Shown one piece after another: positions 38,079 through 48,503 of a stretch of 64,000 nucleotides of DNA; within the stretch, counting starts at the first letter, position 1, and each line of letters begins with the position of its first letter. The stretch comes from an uncultured delta proteobacterium. GTDB lineage: Bacteria > Desulfobacterota > Binatia > UBA9968. The stretch spans positions 192,001 to 256,000 of the forward strand of contig CAWFJP010000001.1 in assembly GCA_963816145.1 (NCBI GenBank), given 5' to 3'. The position numbers and the translations under genes were made by a program. The notes below the pieces were generated by a model. It searched no databases, had not been told where the DNA came from, and saw nothing but the letters and a program-made list of their open reading frames with translations.

Positions 38079-39155
38079 TTATCTGAGCTTCAACGTGCTC
38101 AAGCCGATGACCGCAAAAATGATCGACAGTATCCAGAAACGCACGATAATCTGCGGCTCTTTCCAGCCTTTGAGTTCGTAGTGATGGTGTATCGGCGCCA
38201 TCAGGAAAACCCGCTTGCGGCGAATCTTGTAGGACGCCACTTGAAAGATCACCGACAGCGCTTCCATAACGAACACGCCGCCGATGATCACCAAAAGAAT
38301 TTCGTTCTTGGTCATCACCGCGACGATGCCCAGGGCCGCGCCGAGGGACAGCGAGCCGACATCGCCCATGAACATCTGCGCCGGATAGGCGTTGTACCAG
38401 AGAAAACCCAAACCGGCGGCGACCACCGCGGCGCAAAACACCGTCAGCTCGCCGACCCCCGCGACGTAAGGAATCTGTAAATACTCGGCGAACTTGAGAT
38501 GGCCGGTGGCGTAGGCCACCACCCCATAGGCCGCCGCGGCGACCATCACCGGACCTATGGCCAATCCATCGAGCCCGTCGGTGAGATTGACGGCATTGGA
38601 GGCGCCGACGATCACCAGCATGGCAAAAGGAATATAAAAGACGTCAAGGTTGACACGCAGCGTTTTGACAAACGGAAAAGCGATCTCGGTGCTGATCTTG
38701 GGTTGATAGTAGAGCGCCACGGCGACCACGAACGCGATCGCCAACTGGCCCAGGAGTTTTGCCCGCGGCGGCAGTCCGTTGCTGTTTTTGCGCGTGAGCT
38801 TCAAATAATCGTCGGCGAAACCGACCACCCCGGTGCCCACCGTCGCGACCAAAGCCAAAAGCACATAGCGATTGGCAATGTCGGCCAGCATTACAGTCGA
38901 AATCAGCAGCGCCAAGATAATCAGCGCTCCGCCCATGGTCGGCGTCCCCGCCTTGGTGGCGTGCGACGCCGGGCCGTCGTCGCGTATCTGTTGGCCGATC
39001 TGTTTTTCGGTCAGCACCCGTATCAGCCAGGGGCCGAGCAAAAACGAAATCAACAGAGACGAGAGCGCCGCCATCGCCGCGCGAAACGTGATATAGCGAA
39101 AAACGTTGAAGCCGGAGTAGGTGGTCGAGAGCGATGTGAAGAGATAATACAGCAC
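38079..39155 (-). CDS. mraY: Phospho-N-acetylmuramoyl-pentapeptide transferase
   Basis: [38 protein letters not shown]. Confidence 0.97.
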   Translation of the reverse strand: MLYYLFTSLSTTYSGFNVFRYITFRAAMAALSSLLISFLLGPWLIRVLTEKQIGQQIRDDGPASHATKAGTPTMGGALIILALLISTVMLADIANRYVLLALVATVGTGVVGFADDYLKLTRKNSNGLPPRAKLLGQLAIAFVVAVALYYQPKISTEIAFPFVKTLRVNLDVFYIPFAMLVIVGASNAVNLTDGLDGLAIGPVMVAAAAYGVVAYATGHLKFAEYLQIPYVAGVGELTVFCAAVVAAGLGFLWYNAYPAQMFMGDVGSLSLGAALGIVAVMTKNEILLVIIGGVFVMEALSVIFQVASYKIRRKRVFLMAPIHHHYELKGWKEPQIIVRFWILSIIFAVIGLSTLKLR

Positions 39156-39163
39156 GCGATATC

Positions 39164-40568
39164 CTACGCCTTCACGCTCTTGAGCTCTTGTAAGACCTTT
39201 TCCATTTTCATGCCGCGCGAACCTTTGACCAATAGCCAATCGCCGCGCCGCACCTGTTGGCGCAAGCGCCTGGCGACATCGCCGTGATCGGCACCGATGA
39301 TCACATGGTCTGATTTCATGCCGGCACGTAGCGCCCCGCTGCGAACCTGGCGCGCTTGGTCACCGAGCAAGTAAAGCTGGGCAATCTTGGCTTGCGCCGC
39401 GATCCGGCCCAGCTCGCGATGCTCTTTGCCGCTATGTTTGCCGAGTTCGAACATATCGCCCAACACGGCGATTTTTTTTCCGCGGCCGCCGATCAAGGCC
39501 AAAGTCTCCAGCGCCGCCTTCATCGAACCGGGATTGGCATTGTAGCTATCGTTGAGGATGCCGATGCCGCGCCAATTATCCCGTTGCATGCGCATGTTAA
39601 ACGGCATGGCTTGGGCCAAGCCGCGCCGCACCGCCGCCAGACTAACCCCCGCGCCCAGCGCCAAAGCCGCGGCGCCAAGCGCGTTGGTGACGTTATGCCG
39701 GCCCAGATAGTTTAAACGGATGCGCGTCCGTTGGCGTCCGAGGTGCAGATCGAAGGCCATCCCCTGGGCGTCGCGCACGCGTAAGCAGCGCGCGCGCAAC
39801 TGACCGGCGGCGCCGTAAGTCAATTTCATGCCAGAGAATTTCGCGCCAAGCCGGCGCACCCATGGAGTCGTCCAGGTTAACGGCAATCGTCCCGCCCCGG
39901 CGCACACACTGATAAAGCGCGCCCTTTTCGCGCGCCACTCCGGCTAAGTTTTTTAAACCTTCCAAATGGGCCGCCGCCACGCTGGTAATAATGCCGAGGT
40001 CCGGATCGGCAATCTCCGCCAAGCGCTGAATTTCGCCGGGTTGGTTGGTACCCAATTCGACCACTGCGACTCGGTGTTTTTTGGTCAGACGTAACAGCGT
40101 CAACGGCAAGCCAACTAAATTATTGAAGTTACCCTCGGTCTTGAGAACTCTGCCGCGCAACGGCTGGCCGTCTAACTTGCCCTGCGCCATGATCGCCGCG
40201 ACCATTTCCTTGGTCGTGGTCTTGCCATTGGAACCGGTGATCGCCAGCACCTTGGGCGCCAGCTGCTCGCGGCGGTAATGCGCCAGATCGCCCAGCGCCC
40301 GCAGGGTATCGCCAACCCGCACCGCGGTCGCCGCTCCGAGTGTCGCCGGCCGCAGTGCACGATGAACGACGACGCAAGCCGCGCCGCGGCGCACCGCATC
40401 ACCGACAAAGCGATGGGCGTCATGGCGCTCGCCTTTGAGAGCAACGAAGATTGAATTGCGTTTGACCTGCTTCGAGTCGGTCACAATCTCACCGTAGCGC
40501 TCGCTCTTTCCAGGCCTTGCGACCCTGCCGCCGGTAGCGGCGAGAATTTCTCCCAGAGTCCAACCCAT
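39164..40568 (-). CDS. murF: UDP-MurNAc-tripeptide-D-Ala-D-Ala ligase; +1 frameshift near 39867
   Basis: [17 protein letters not shown] and AHLEG in the first frame; [15 protein letters not shown] and KGSRG in the second. Removing one base joins VNLDD to PWVRR. Confidence 0.9.
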
Positions 40569-40579
40569 GCCTCGTTAAC

Positions 40580-42124
40580 TTAGCCGTTGGCCCGCGAAGC
40601 GATTTCTTCGCGCGCCACCTCCCGATCGTCGAAATGAATCTTGGTCGTGCCTAAGATCTGATAATCTTCATGCCCTTTGCCGGCGATCAGCACGACATCG
40701 CCGGCGCTGGCCAGGGACAGCGCCAAACGGATCGCCGCGCGCCGATCGGTTTCGACGTAATAACCGCGCTGTTTTCCCGTACCGGTCTTGTCGGCCACAG
40801 CGTTCGATGCAGCCAATTTCGTCATACCGACTTTGCGCACGCCGGCTTCGACGTCATCGAGTATCGCGCCAGGCGCTTCGCCGCGCGGGTTGTCGGAGGT
40901 CAGCACCGCGAAGTCGCTCAAGCGCGCGGCGATTTCACCCATCAACGGCCGTTTGCCGCGGTCGCGGTCACCGCCGCAGCCGAAAACCGCGATGAGTTTG
41001 TTGTCGGTCAACTGGCGCACCACCTGAAGGGTTTTTTCGAGAGCGTCCGGCGAATGCGCATAATCGACCAAAACGGTGACGCCGCGAGCGTTATCGATTT
41101 TTTCCAAGCGTCCCGGCACCTTGTTTAAGCCGGCGATGCCGCGAGCGATGACGTCGTCCGTCAATCCCAAGGCGCAGCCGACGCCGACCGCGCCCAAGAT
41201 ATTTTGCAAGTTGACGGAGCCGACCAGCGGTGAAGCAATTCTTAAACGTCGCTCCTTGGCTTGGATCTCGCCGCGGATACCGTCGACGCCGGTCGTAACT
41301 TGCACCGGACGGACATCCCAATCAGCGCCGTCGCCGTAACTCCACACCGCCAATCCTTGCGCCCGGCACGCGACGATCAACTGTGCGCCGCGCGGATCGT
41401 TACCGTAAATCACCGCCGCCTTGTCGGGTTTCACCGAGGCCGGTAAGTAATCGTTGAACAACCGGCTCTTGGCGGCAAAATAGTCGTCCATGTCGCGATG
41501 ATAATCGAGATGATCGCGCGACAAATTGGTAAACACGCCAACATCGAACTCGAGTCCGCGCACTCTTTCCTGCGCTAAAGCATGGGACGACACTTCCATC
41601 GCCACCGCCCGCACCCCGCTTTGAGTCATCTCCGACAGCAGCTCCTGCAAGTCGACGGACTCCGGTGTCGAATGATGCGACGGCATCTCGCGGCCGCGGT
41701 AGCGGTAATTGATCGTGCCGATCACGCCTGGCTCCAGGCCGGCGGCCTGCAACATTGACTCGACCAAGTAAGTCAATGTCGTCTTGCCGTTGGTACCGGT
41801 GACTCCGACGAGCCGAATGTTCCGGCTCGGCCGGCGGTAAAAATGCGCCGACCACAGACCCATGACACTTCTAATGTTCTTAACGCGAATCATTGCCGGC
41901 GCCTGAGGCCAGGAGCCCGAGCGTGACACAACCACCGCGGCGGCACCGCGTTTGACCGCTTCGCCGATGTAGTCGTGACCGTCGACCGTTTCTCCCTGTA
42001 CGGCGAAGAAAACGCTTCCCGCAGCCGCTTTGCGCGAGTCATACGTCAAGCCGATCACTTCCTGCTCCAGGTCACCTTTGGCCTCCTCGACCTCCTGCAG
42101 CGCTAAGAACTCGCGGACTCGCAT
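40580..42124 (-). CDS. murE: UDP-MurNAc-dipeptide-meso-diaminopimelate ligase
   Basis: VTGTNGKTT, MEVSSH, DHLDYH, DYAH, FGCGGDRD; DNPR indicates meso-DAP specificity. Confidence 0.97.
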   Translation of the reverse strand: MRVREFLALQEVEEAKGDLEQEVIGLTYDSRKAAAGSVFFAVQGETVDGHDYIGEAVKRGAAAVVVSRSGSWPQAPAMIRVKNIRSVMGLWSAHFYRRPSRNIRLVGVTGTNGKTTLTYLVESMLQAAGLEPGVIGTINYRYRGREMPSHHSTPESVDLQELLSEMTQSGVRAVAMEVSSHALAQERVRGLEFDVGVFTNLSRDHLDYHRDMDDYFAAKSRLFNDYLPASVKPDKAAVIYGNDPRGAQLIVACRAQGLAVWSYGDGADWDVRPVQVTTGVDGIRGEIQAKERRLRIASPLVGSVNLQNILGAVGVGCALGLTDDVIARGIAGLNKVPGRLEKIDNARGVTVLVDYAHSPDALEKTLQVVRQLTDNKLIAVFGCGGDRDRGKRPLMGEIAARLSDFAVLTSDNPRGEAPGAILDDVEAGVRKVGMTKLAASNAVADKTGTGKQRGYYVETDRRAAIRLALSLASAGDVVLIAGKGHEDYQILGTTKIHFDDREVAREEIASRANG

Positions 42125-42129
42125 CGGTG

Positions 42130-44079
42130 TCAGCCTTGCAGATGCACCACCACCACTTGCTCTTCTTGCCGGCGATCGCCCGGCGCCGGAGTCTGCTTCA
42201 CGACGTAGCCGCTACCCTGCATCTTCAGAGAAATTCTCATCGATTGGGCTTTCTCCAGAGCCTCGCGCATGCTGAGACCGAGGAAATCCGGCACCGCGTC
42301 TTCCGTACTTGAAGCCAACTGCACACCCGGCCGCTTGATCGGCCGCTGCGCCGACGGCTCGGCTTGCGCGGGCATGTTGGGGATGACGGCGCCGTCGCGC
42401 GGTGCCACCGCAAGCTGGCGCAATGCCCCCTGGGCGATGTTGCGGAATGCCGGCGCAGCGACTACACCGCCATAAACATTTCCCTCGGGCTCATCGACCA
42501 GCACCAATGACACCAAGCGGGGATTATCCGCCGGCACGAAGCCGATGAAGGAACTGACGCGTTTTTTCGCCGAATAAACACCGTGCTCGGCCTTCTGAGC
42601 CGTGCCGGTTTTGCCGGCAACGTCAAAGCCGTCGACTTTCGCCGCCACGCCGGTGCCGCCTTCAGTAGTGACATTTCGCAGCAGAGAGGCCAGCAACTTT
42701 GCGGTCTTTTCGGAGACGACCCGCCGAACAATCCGCGGCTGGTTTTCGACCAGGGTGTCGCCCTGCGGGCTAACAACTTTGCGAGTCACGTAGGGCCGCA
42801 TGAGAATCCCGCCGTTGGCGATCGCTGCATAAGCCATGATCATCTGCATCGGCGTGGTCGATACACCCTGGCCAAACGCATGGGTCGCCAAATCGACTGC
42901 CGACCAATGTTCCGGCTTGCGCAATAACCCCGGAACCTCGCCTGGCACATCGAGGCCGGTCACCCGCCCAAAGCCGAACTTGTCGATGTATTTGAAGTAG
43001 CGATCCTTCTTCAGTTTCTCGGCGACCTTGGTAAAGCCGATATTGCTCGACACCTGGAGAATTTTTGAAAATGGCAGCCAGCCCTGCGGATGGGTGTCGT
43101 GAATCACCCGGCCGGCATAGAGATACTTGCCCATCTCGCAATAAAAAAGATCATCCTTGCCGACCACCCCTTCTTCGAGAGCCGCAGCCGCTAGAATAGT
43201 CTTGAAGGTTGAACCCGGCTCGAAGCTGTCGGTCACGGCGCGATTGCGCCGCTGGTCGGCGCTCTGCTGCGAAGCTTTATTGGGATCGAAGGTTGGATAA
43301 TTGGCCAGCGCTAACACTTCGCCTGTCGCGGGATCGACGACGATCGCGACCCCGGCCTTGGCGCGATATTTTTGAATCGTCGCTTCCAATTCTTTTTCTG
43401 CCAGATGCTGGATCGACGAGTCGATGGTCAAGTGAACATCGCTGCCGGGCGGCACTTGCAGACGTTCCACTCCTTCCACTAAAACACGCCGCCCCAGAGC
43501 ATCGCGCTCGGACACCGACGAACCCGCCGCGCCACGAATATAATCGTTGTATTGCAGCTCGATGCCCTCGAGTCCCTCGGAATCGCGATTGACAAATCCC
43601 AACAAGTGCCCGGCCAAGCCGCCCTGCGGATAGTAGCGGGTCGGCTCAACGTACATGCCGATGCCGTCGATGCGCAGCGCTTGAATCTGTTCCGCCTCGA
43701 CAGGCGAAACCTGGCGCTTAAGCCAGACGAACGGCTTATTTGCCGCCAGTTTTTGCGCGACCTCTGCTGGTCCCACCTTGAGGATTCGGGCAAGAGTCAG
43801 ACTGGCCTCACCGGGATTCTGCAACCGGTGCGGCCGGACATAAACGGATTGCGATTCTAAACTCAGAGCCAACGGTTCGTTGCCGCGGTCGTATAGAGCG
43901 CCGCGCTTGGGCAAAACAATCCATTCTTTCAGTTGCTGGCGCTGTCCTTGGCGCATCAACCAGTCGCCTTGAAACACTTGCAGCTGAAACGCGCGCCCGC
44001 CAACGATCAAAAAAACCAGCAGGAAGACAATCTTCACGCAGCCCAGGCGCAGGCGGTTTCGTTTGGGCGAACGTCTCAT
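42130..44079 (-). CDS. ftsI: Division transpeptidase PBP3 with C-terminal PASTA domain
   Basis: EPGSTFK (SxxK), SSN, KTGT, PASTA domain (VPDFLGLSMREA). Confidence 0.95.
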   Translation of the reverse strand: MRRSPKRNRLRLGCVKIVFLLVFLIVGGRAFQLQVFQGDWLMRQGQRQQLKEWIVLPKRGALYDRGNEPLALSLESQSVYVRPHRLQNPGEASLTLARILKVGPAEVAQKLAANKPFVWLKRQVSPVEAEQIQALRIDGIGMYVEPTRYYPQGGLAGHLLGFVNRDSEGLEGIELQYNDYIRGAAGSSVSERDALGRRVLVEGVERLQVPPGSDVHLTIDSSIQHLAEKELEATIQKYRAKAGVAIVVDPATGEVLALANYPTFDPNKASQQSADQRRNRAVTDSFEPGSTFKTILAAAALEEGVVGKDDLFYCEMGKYLYAGRVIHDTHPQGWLPFSKILQVSSNIGFTKVAEKLKKDRYFKYIDKFGFGRVTGLDVPGEVPGLLRKPEHWSAVDLATHAFGQGVSTTPMQMIMAYAAIANGGILMRPYVTRKVVSPQGDTLVENQPRIVRRVVSEKTAKLLASLLRNVTTEGGTGVAAKVDGFDVAGKTGTAQKAEHGVYSAKKRVSSFIGFVPADNPRLVSLVLVDEPEGNVYGGVVAAPAFRNIAQGALRQLAVAPRDGAVIPNMPAQAEPSAQRPIKRPGVQLASSTEDAVPDFLGLSMREALEKAQSMRISLKMQGSGYVVKQTPAPGDRRQEEQVVVVHLQG

Positions 44080-44423
44080 GGCAAAACGACGACCTGGCCT
44101 TTCTGCGGCGGCGTCAAGCCCAACCGGCGGCGGGCCATTTCATCGAGCCGATCTCGCGTCGTCAAAGTCGCTAACTCAACCTTGAGCTCGCGATTCTCCT
44201 GCTCCAAACGGCTTTGCAACTTACTCGCGGTGGAGAGCACATATCCCATGCGCACGACCTGCAAACGCAACCAAACATGGCCCAGCACGACGCCGAGAAG
44301 AACGACGATCAGCAAGCCCACGCCCAAGTGACGACGGCGGCGCACCGCCTGGTCCGCGCGGCTACTGTGTGCACGCTTGGGTAGCGCGATGCGTTGATTT
44401 TCAATTTTAACCGCAGTTGCCAT
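44076..44423 (-). CDS. ftsL: Cell division protein FtsL
   Basis: TM helix, coiled coil and ARRRLGL, between rsmH and ftsI. Confidence 0.85.
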   Translation of the reverse strand: MATAVKIENQRIALPKRAHSSRADQAVRRRRHLGVGLLIVVLLGVVLGHVWLRLQVVRMGYVLSTASKLQSRLEQENRELKVELATLTTRDRLDEMARRRLGLTPPQKGQVVVLP

Positions 44424-44435
44424 GGTTATGATGAT

Positions 44436-45362
44436 TCAAACGCGCTCGGCCGCCCGTAATTTCGCCGACCGGGCGCGCGGGTTGGCCGCCGTCTCAGCTT
44501 CGCCTGGCACCACCGGCCTCTTCGTCAGAACTTTCACCTTCTGACTCCAACCGCACTGACAAACGAGCGCCCGCGGCGGACATAAACAGGCACGGCTCCA
44601 TTTACGAAAGGCGTTCTTCACTAAACGATCTTCCAATGAATGAAACGAAATAATTACCAACCGCGCGCCCGGCCGCAGCAACTCGAAACCGTCGGCAAGA
44701 AAATGTTCCAACTGGTCGAGCTCCTGGTTCACGGCGATGCGCAAGGCCTGAAACACCTGGGTGGCCGGGTGGTGATCGCGCCGGCGGCCGCCTTTGACGC
44801 CCTCGACCAAGCGCGCCAGATCATCCGTGCTCTCGATGGACCGCTGCTTTCGTTCAGCGGCAATCCTTTCGGCGATGCGGCGCGCTTGCGGCTCCTCGCC
44901 ATAGTCGCGGAATATCCGCATCAACTCCTCCACCGTCGCCGTGTTGACTAGCCGATAGGCGTCGAGAGATTGCCGGCGATCCATGCGCATATCCAATCGT
45001 CCGCCTAAGCGAAAACTAAAGCCGCGCTGCGGTGCATCGATTTGCCATGACGAAACACCTAAGTCCAAAATGATACCGTCTGCGCCGACCCAACCGATCT
45101 CCGCGAGCACCTCGCGCAACTCGGAAAAACTCGTCTGCCTCAGGATTGATCGAGCACCGAATCGCTGTAAGCGGTGGCGCGCCGCGGCAATCGCTTCATC
45201 GTCTCGATCCAACCCCAGCACTTGGCCATCAGGACTGCTCGCGGCGAGAATCGCTTCGCTGTGACCGCCGCCGCCCAATGTGCCATCGACATACTGCCCG
45301 CCTGGCGCGGGCCTGAGAAAATCAATCGCCTCTCGCACCAGAACTGAAACATGGACAAACAC
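44436..45362 (-). CDS. rsmH: 16S rRNA m4C1402 methyltransferase
   Basis: DGTLGGGGHS, DLGVSS, LDMRMD, FQALRIAVN, ISFHSLEDR, NPRARSAKLR. Confidence 0.97.
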   Translation of the reverse strand: MFVHVSVLVREAIDFLRPAPGGQYVDGTLGGGGHSEAILAASSPDGQVLGLDRDDEAIAAARHRLQRFGARSILRQTSFSELREVLAEIGWVGADGIILDLGVSSWQIDAPQRGFSFRLGGRLDMRMDRRQSLDAYRLVNTATVEELMRIFRDYGEEPQARRIAERIAAERKQRSIESTDDLARLVEGVKGGRRRDHHPATQVFQALRIAVNQELDQLEHFLADGFELLRPGARLVIISFHSLEDRLVKNAFRKWSRACLCPPRALVCQCGWSQKVKVLTKRPVVPGEAETAANPRARSAKLRAAERV

Positions 45363-45365
45363 GAT

Positions 45366-45728
45366 TCAGTGGCTCGTGCCGTCGCCCTCCCAGTCGTCTT
45401 CGAAACTCTCAATCGCGTCCTCCAACGAGTGATACTCCTCGAAGAAACGATCCATGCCGACAACCTTGAAGATATCGCGTAAGAACGGACTCATGCCGGA
45501 TAACTTCAGATCACCATTGACATTGCGCAGCGCCTTGAGGCGCTCGAGCAACACGCCGATGCTCAAGTAATTGATGTGATCGACCGACCTGAGATTGAGC
45601 ACAACTTTGATGCGATCATGTTCGATGAACGAACCGATGGTGTCTTTGATGCGGATCATTTCCCGAAAATCGATGTCGCCGCTGACATCGATCACCGAGA
45701 TATCTTGAATCGCTTTGCGCGCCAGCAT
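45366..45728 (-). CDS. STAS domain (anti-sigma-factor antagonist-like) protein
   Basis: VIDVSGDID, VVLNLRSVDHINYLSIGVL, GDLKL, IFKVVG, SLEDAI. Confidence 0.85.
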   Translation of the reverse strand: MLARKAIQDISVIDVSGDIDFREMIRIKDTIGSFIEHDRIKVVLNLRSVDHINYLSIGVLLERLKALRNVNGDLKLSGMSPFLRDIFKVVGMDRFFEEYHSLEDAIESFEDDWEGDGTSH

Positions 45729-45770
45729 CCGCTGTTCTCCTTTCGCCCCGCCCCCGTTAATCCCATGCCG

Positions 45771-46223
45771 CTAAAAACCGATGTCGCTCAAGAAATCGGG
45801 ATCCTGCATCAGCTTATTTTCAGCCGCGCCGTGAACCTTATTCCAGATCTCTTGGTCCCAAATGCGAAATTTTTCCAACGCCGAAACTAGCGCAACATCG
45901 CGTTTGAGATCGGCGTATTTACGCAGAACCGGTGGAATCAAAATGCGGCCATGGGTGTCGAGTGCGCACTCGCAGGCCCCGCCGAGATAATAGTTTTGAA
46001 ACAACACCATGCGTGAATCGAACTTGGGCCGCTTGCGCACCTCTTCTTCAAATTTGATCCACTCGTCCATCGGATAAACATCGAGACAACGCATGCCATC
46101 GACGATAAAGTTGGTGACCATGATGCGCTCGTCACCTTTACCGACTAGGACATCGCGAAACTTCGATGGGATGCTGATGCGTCCCTTGGGATCGATCGTG
46201 TGTTCGTAGCTTCCGTGAAACAT
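45771..46223 (-). CDS. mraZ: Division/cell wall cluster transcriptional repressor
   Basis: Two DxxGR repeats (DPKGRISIP, DTHGRILIP); start MFHG at 46223. Confidence 0.96.
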   Translation of the reverse strand: MFHGSYEHTIDPKGRISIPSKFRDVLVGKGDERIMVTNFIVDGMRCLDVYPMDEWIKFEEEVRKRPKFDSRMVLFQNYYLGGACECALDTHGRILIPPVLRKYADLKRDVALVSALEKFRIWDQEIWNKVHGAAENKLMQDPDFLSDIGF

Positions 46224-46236
46224 TGGCGCCCATCTT

Positions 46237-46311
46237 GTGGGAAAATGAGGGAAAATATCCCACTCTAACCCACCAGGGGCCACTTATAACTTCATAGCGA
46301 AAATCTGTCAA
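46237..46311 (-). promoter_or_regulatory. dcw promoter (TTGACA-17-TATAAG) with MraZ-binding GTGG repeats
   Basis: -35 at 46311-46306, -10 at 46288-46283; GTGG at 46283, 46273 and 46263 (10-nt period), plus inverted GTGG/GAGG at 46237 and 46247. Confidence 0.8.
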
Positions 46312-46614
46312 CAACAATTCGCTATAATTACAGTGATTCTTTGGTATTTATTGGCGCGCGAGCGACACTTTGAATCGACCGCAAGAAATCGCTGGATTTC
46401 CAAGTGAAATGTCCGTCTGAAACAGCTTGAAGTGAACCTGTTGAACGCTGATCGGACCAACCACGAAGTCAGGCAGAAATGGCAATTCGGCCGAACCCCA
46501 GTAGCGCTGGATATTGGCGGTCTGTGAGAGCGAACATTTGCGGAACCATCGACCGGGCTTCAGACGATAGGCCGAGAGTTAAACCAGGCAGCGATTCACG
46601 TCTTGGTGGCAAAA

Positions 46615-46987
46615 GTGGGCTAAAGCGGATCGGTAAGCCGGATTCTGTAATGGCCTGCAATAGCGGCCACAGCGATCATTCATCTACTCCCTTGATTGCT
46701 CAAGGGATCGAGCGTCCATACCCGAGGGCTATGGGCGGACCACCCAACCCTCCTATTTGGCCTTGCACCAGGTGGGGTTTGCCAAGCGTTCGCCATCACT
46801 GGCGAACCGGTGAGCTCTTACCTCGCCTTTTCAACCTTACCCGCCGCCGAAGCGGCTGGCGGTATGTTTTCTGTGGTACTTTCCCCCGATCACTCGGAGC
46901 CGTCGTTAACGGCCACCCTGTCCTATGGAGTCCGGACTTTCCTCCTCTGCTCGCGCGGAGGCGATCGCTTGATCCACTTTAGCCCAC
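46615..46987 (-). ncRNA. rnpB: RNase P RNA, bacterial type A
   Basis: Minus strand GAGGAAAGTCCGGACTCC ... AAACCCCACCTGGTGCAAG ... TAGATGAATGATC ... ACAGAATCCGGCTTA; the two ends pair as P1. Confidence 0.95.
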
Positions 46988-46993
46988 GCTGTC

Positions 46994-47413
46994 TTATCGT
47001 GCGGCCTCGTCAATGCCTCGATTGGCTAGCCGGTCGGCAACTTTGTTATGTTCGCGCCGCACATGAACGATACGATAGGAACCGAACCGACGCAACAAAC
47101 TGGTCGCGTGCCCAAAAAGCACCTTGAGTTTTTCATCTTTCACCTGATACTCGCCGTTGAGTTGGCGCACCAGCAGTTGCGAATCGCTCTGCACCACAAT
47201 CCGGCTGCGCTTGAGCTCGATCAACGCCTCAAGCCCCATCAGCAATGCCTCGTATTCCGCGACGTTATTGGTCGCGTGGCCGAGATACCGGCTCAGCTCT
47301 CTGACCTCGGCACCGGTTTCATCGTAGATCGCCGCGCCGCAACCAGCTGGTCCGGGATTGCCCCGCGCCGCGCCGTCGACCATCAACAACCATTCTGGCT
47401 CTAACTCTGCCAT
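46994..47413 (-). CDS. rnhA: Ribonuclease HI (archaeal/actinobacterial type)
   Basis: DGAARGNPGPAG, TNNVAEY, DSQL, HVRREHNKVADRLAN. Confidence 0.92.
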   Translation of the reverse strand: MAELEPEWLLMVDGAARGNPGPAGCGAAIYDETGAEVRELSRYLGHATNNVAEYEALLMGLEALIELKRSRIVVQSDSQLLVRQLNGEYQVKDEKLKVLFGHATSLLRRFGSYRIVHVRREHNKVADRLANRGIDEAAR

Positions 47414-47540
47414 AGAAAACACACCGCCGCGCAGCGCGACCGATCGATATAAAAACTGGGCGCGCAGCTGAGCCGAATCCGAACCGTCAGCAGCGCTCCT
47501 GATTGAGCCGGGCTGTGGTTGGGTCTAGAGCGCCAAACCT

Positions 47541-48287
47541 TTAAGCTGACTTGGCTTCTTCAAGCGGCGCAGGTTTGACGTAGACGATTCGCTGGCAGCT
47601 GGGACAGAGATGAATTTTGTCGCTGCGAATGATTTCGTTGCTCAGTTGGGGCGGAATATTCATGAAGCAGCCCTGGCAAATCCCGCCGGCGACTTCCACC
47701 ACCGCCGTGCCGCCGCGTCGGGAAAAAATCAGCTCGTAGCGCGAGATCAAATCGCGCGCCAGATTGGCCGCGATGCTTTGACGCCGCGACAAAGCTTCGG
47801 ACACCGCCTGATCGATGCCGCGGATCTGCCCTTCAAGCTCTTGCTGCTGGCTTTGCCAGGCTTCACGCAGCGCCGCCATCTCGGCCTCTTTGCCCTGAAT
47901 ACTCGTCTTAATCGCATCGATTTCCTGCATAATCTTGATCAGTTCCTCTTCCAGGTCGCCGTTGCTCTGGCGCATGAGATCGATCTCGCGTTGCAGGGCC
48001 TGGAGCTCTTTGGAATTCTTGATGCGATTCATGCGCATGCGCTTGTCCATCGCCTTCTTACCTTCGTCCTGAAACACCCGGTCCTTGTCGGCGCGCAGTT
48101 TCTCTTTCTCGGCGCAGGCAGCGGTCAGCGCATCCACTTCCTTCTGTTTGGCCTGAATTTCGCGCTCTCTGGTTTGGAGTTCGCTCAACAGGCCTTGCTT
48201 CAATCCGGTCTGCTCTTTGACCTCACGATCGACCGTTTGCAAAGAAGCTAAGATTTCAATTTGCGCGTGCAATTTCGAATCCCCCAT
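47541..48287 (-). CDS. Coiled-coil protein with C4 zinc ribbon (CT398/HP0958-like)
   Basis: Long coiled coil, then CQGC...IPPQ...CPSCQRI. Confidence 0.9.
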   Translation of the reverse strand: MGDSKLHAQIEILASLQTVDREVKEQTGLKQGLLSELQTREREIQAKQKEVDALTAACAEKEKLRADKDRVFQDEGKKAMDKRMRMNRIKNSKELQALQREIDLMRQSNGDLEEELIKIMQEIDAIKTSIQGKEAEMAALREAWQSQQQELEGQIRGIDQAVSEALSRRQSIAANLARDLISRYELIFSRRGGTAVVEVAGGICQGCFMNIPPQLSNEIIRSDKIHLCPSCQRIVYVKPAPLEEAKSA

Positions 48288-48294
48288 TCAGATA

Positions 48295-48324
48295 AAAAAA
48301 ATGCACCCAGTTGGGTGCATTTTT
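48295..48324. terminator. Intrinsic terminator hairpin, potentially bidirectional
   Basis: AAAAAAATGCACCCA-gt-TGGGTGCATTTTT. Confidence 0.75.
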
Positions 48325-48503
48325 AGACTTGGAATGCTTTTAGTAGAAATTTGTTTAAGTACGCTTTTATTCACTCCAGCAACGATCCCCTGAATAAATT
48401 TCTTATATAAAATAGTGGCCGTTGTCAAAGCGATGGGACGGCGCACGACAACCTCCGAAAAGCTCGACTGGCTCGCCGTTTCGAATGTCCAACCTAACTT
48501 TAC

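Noticed and set aside
46479-47127. ORFs over the rnpB region
   Set aside because: They overlap RNase P RNA on the opposite strand.
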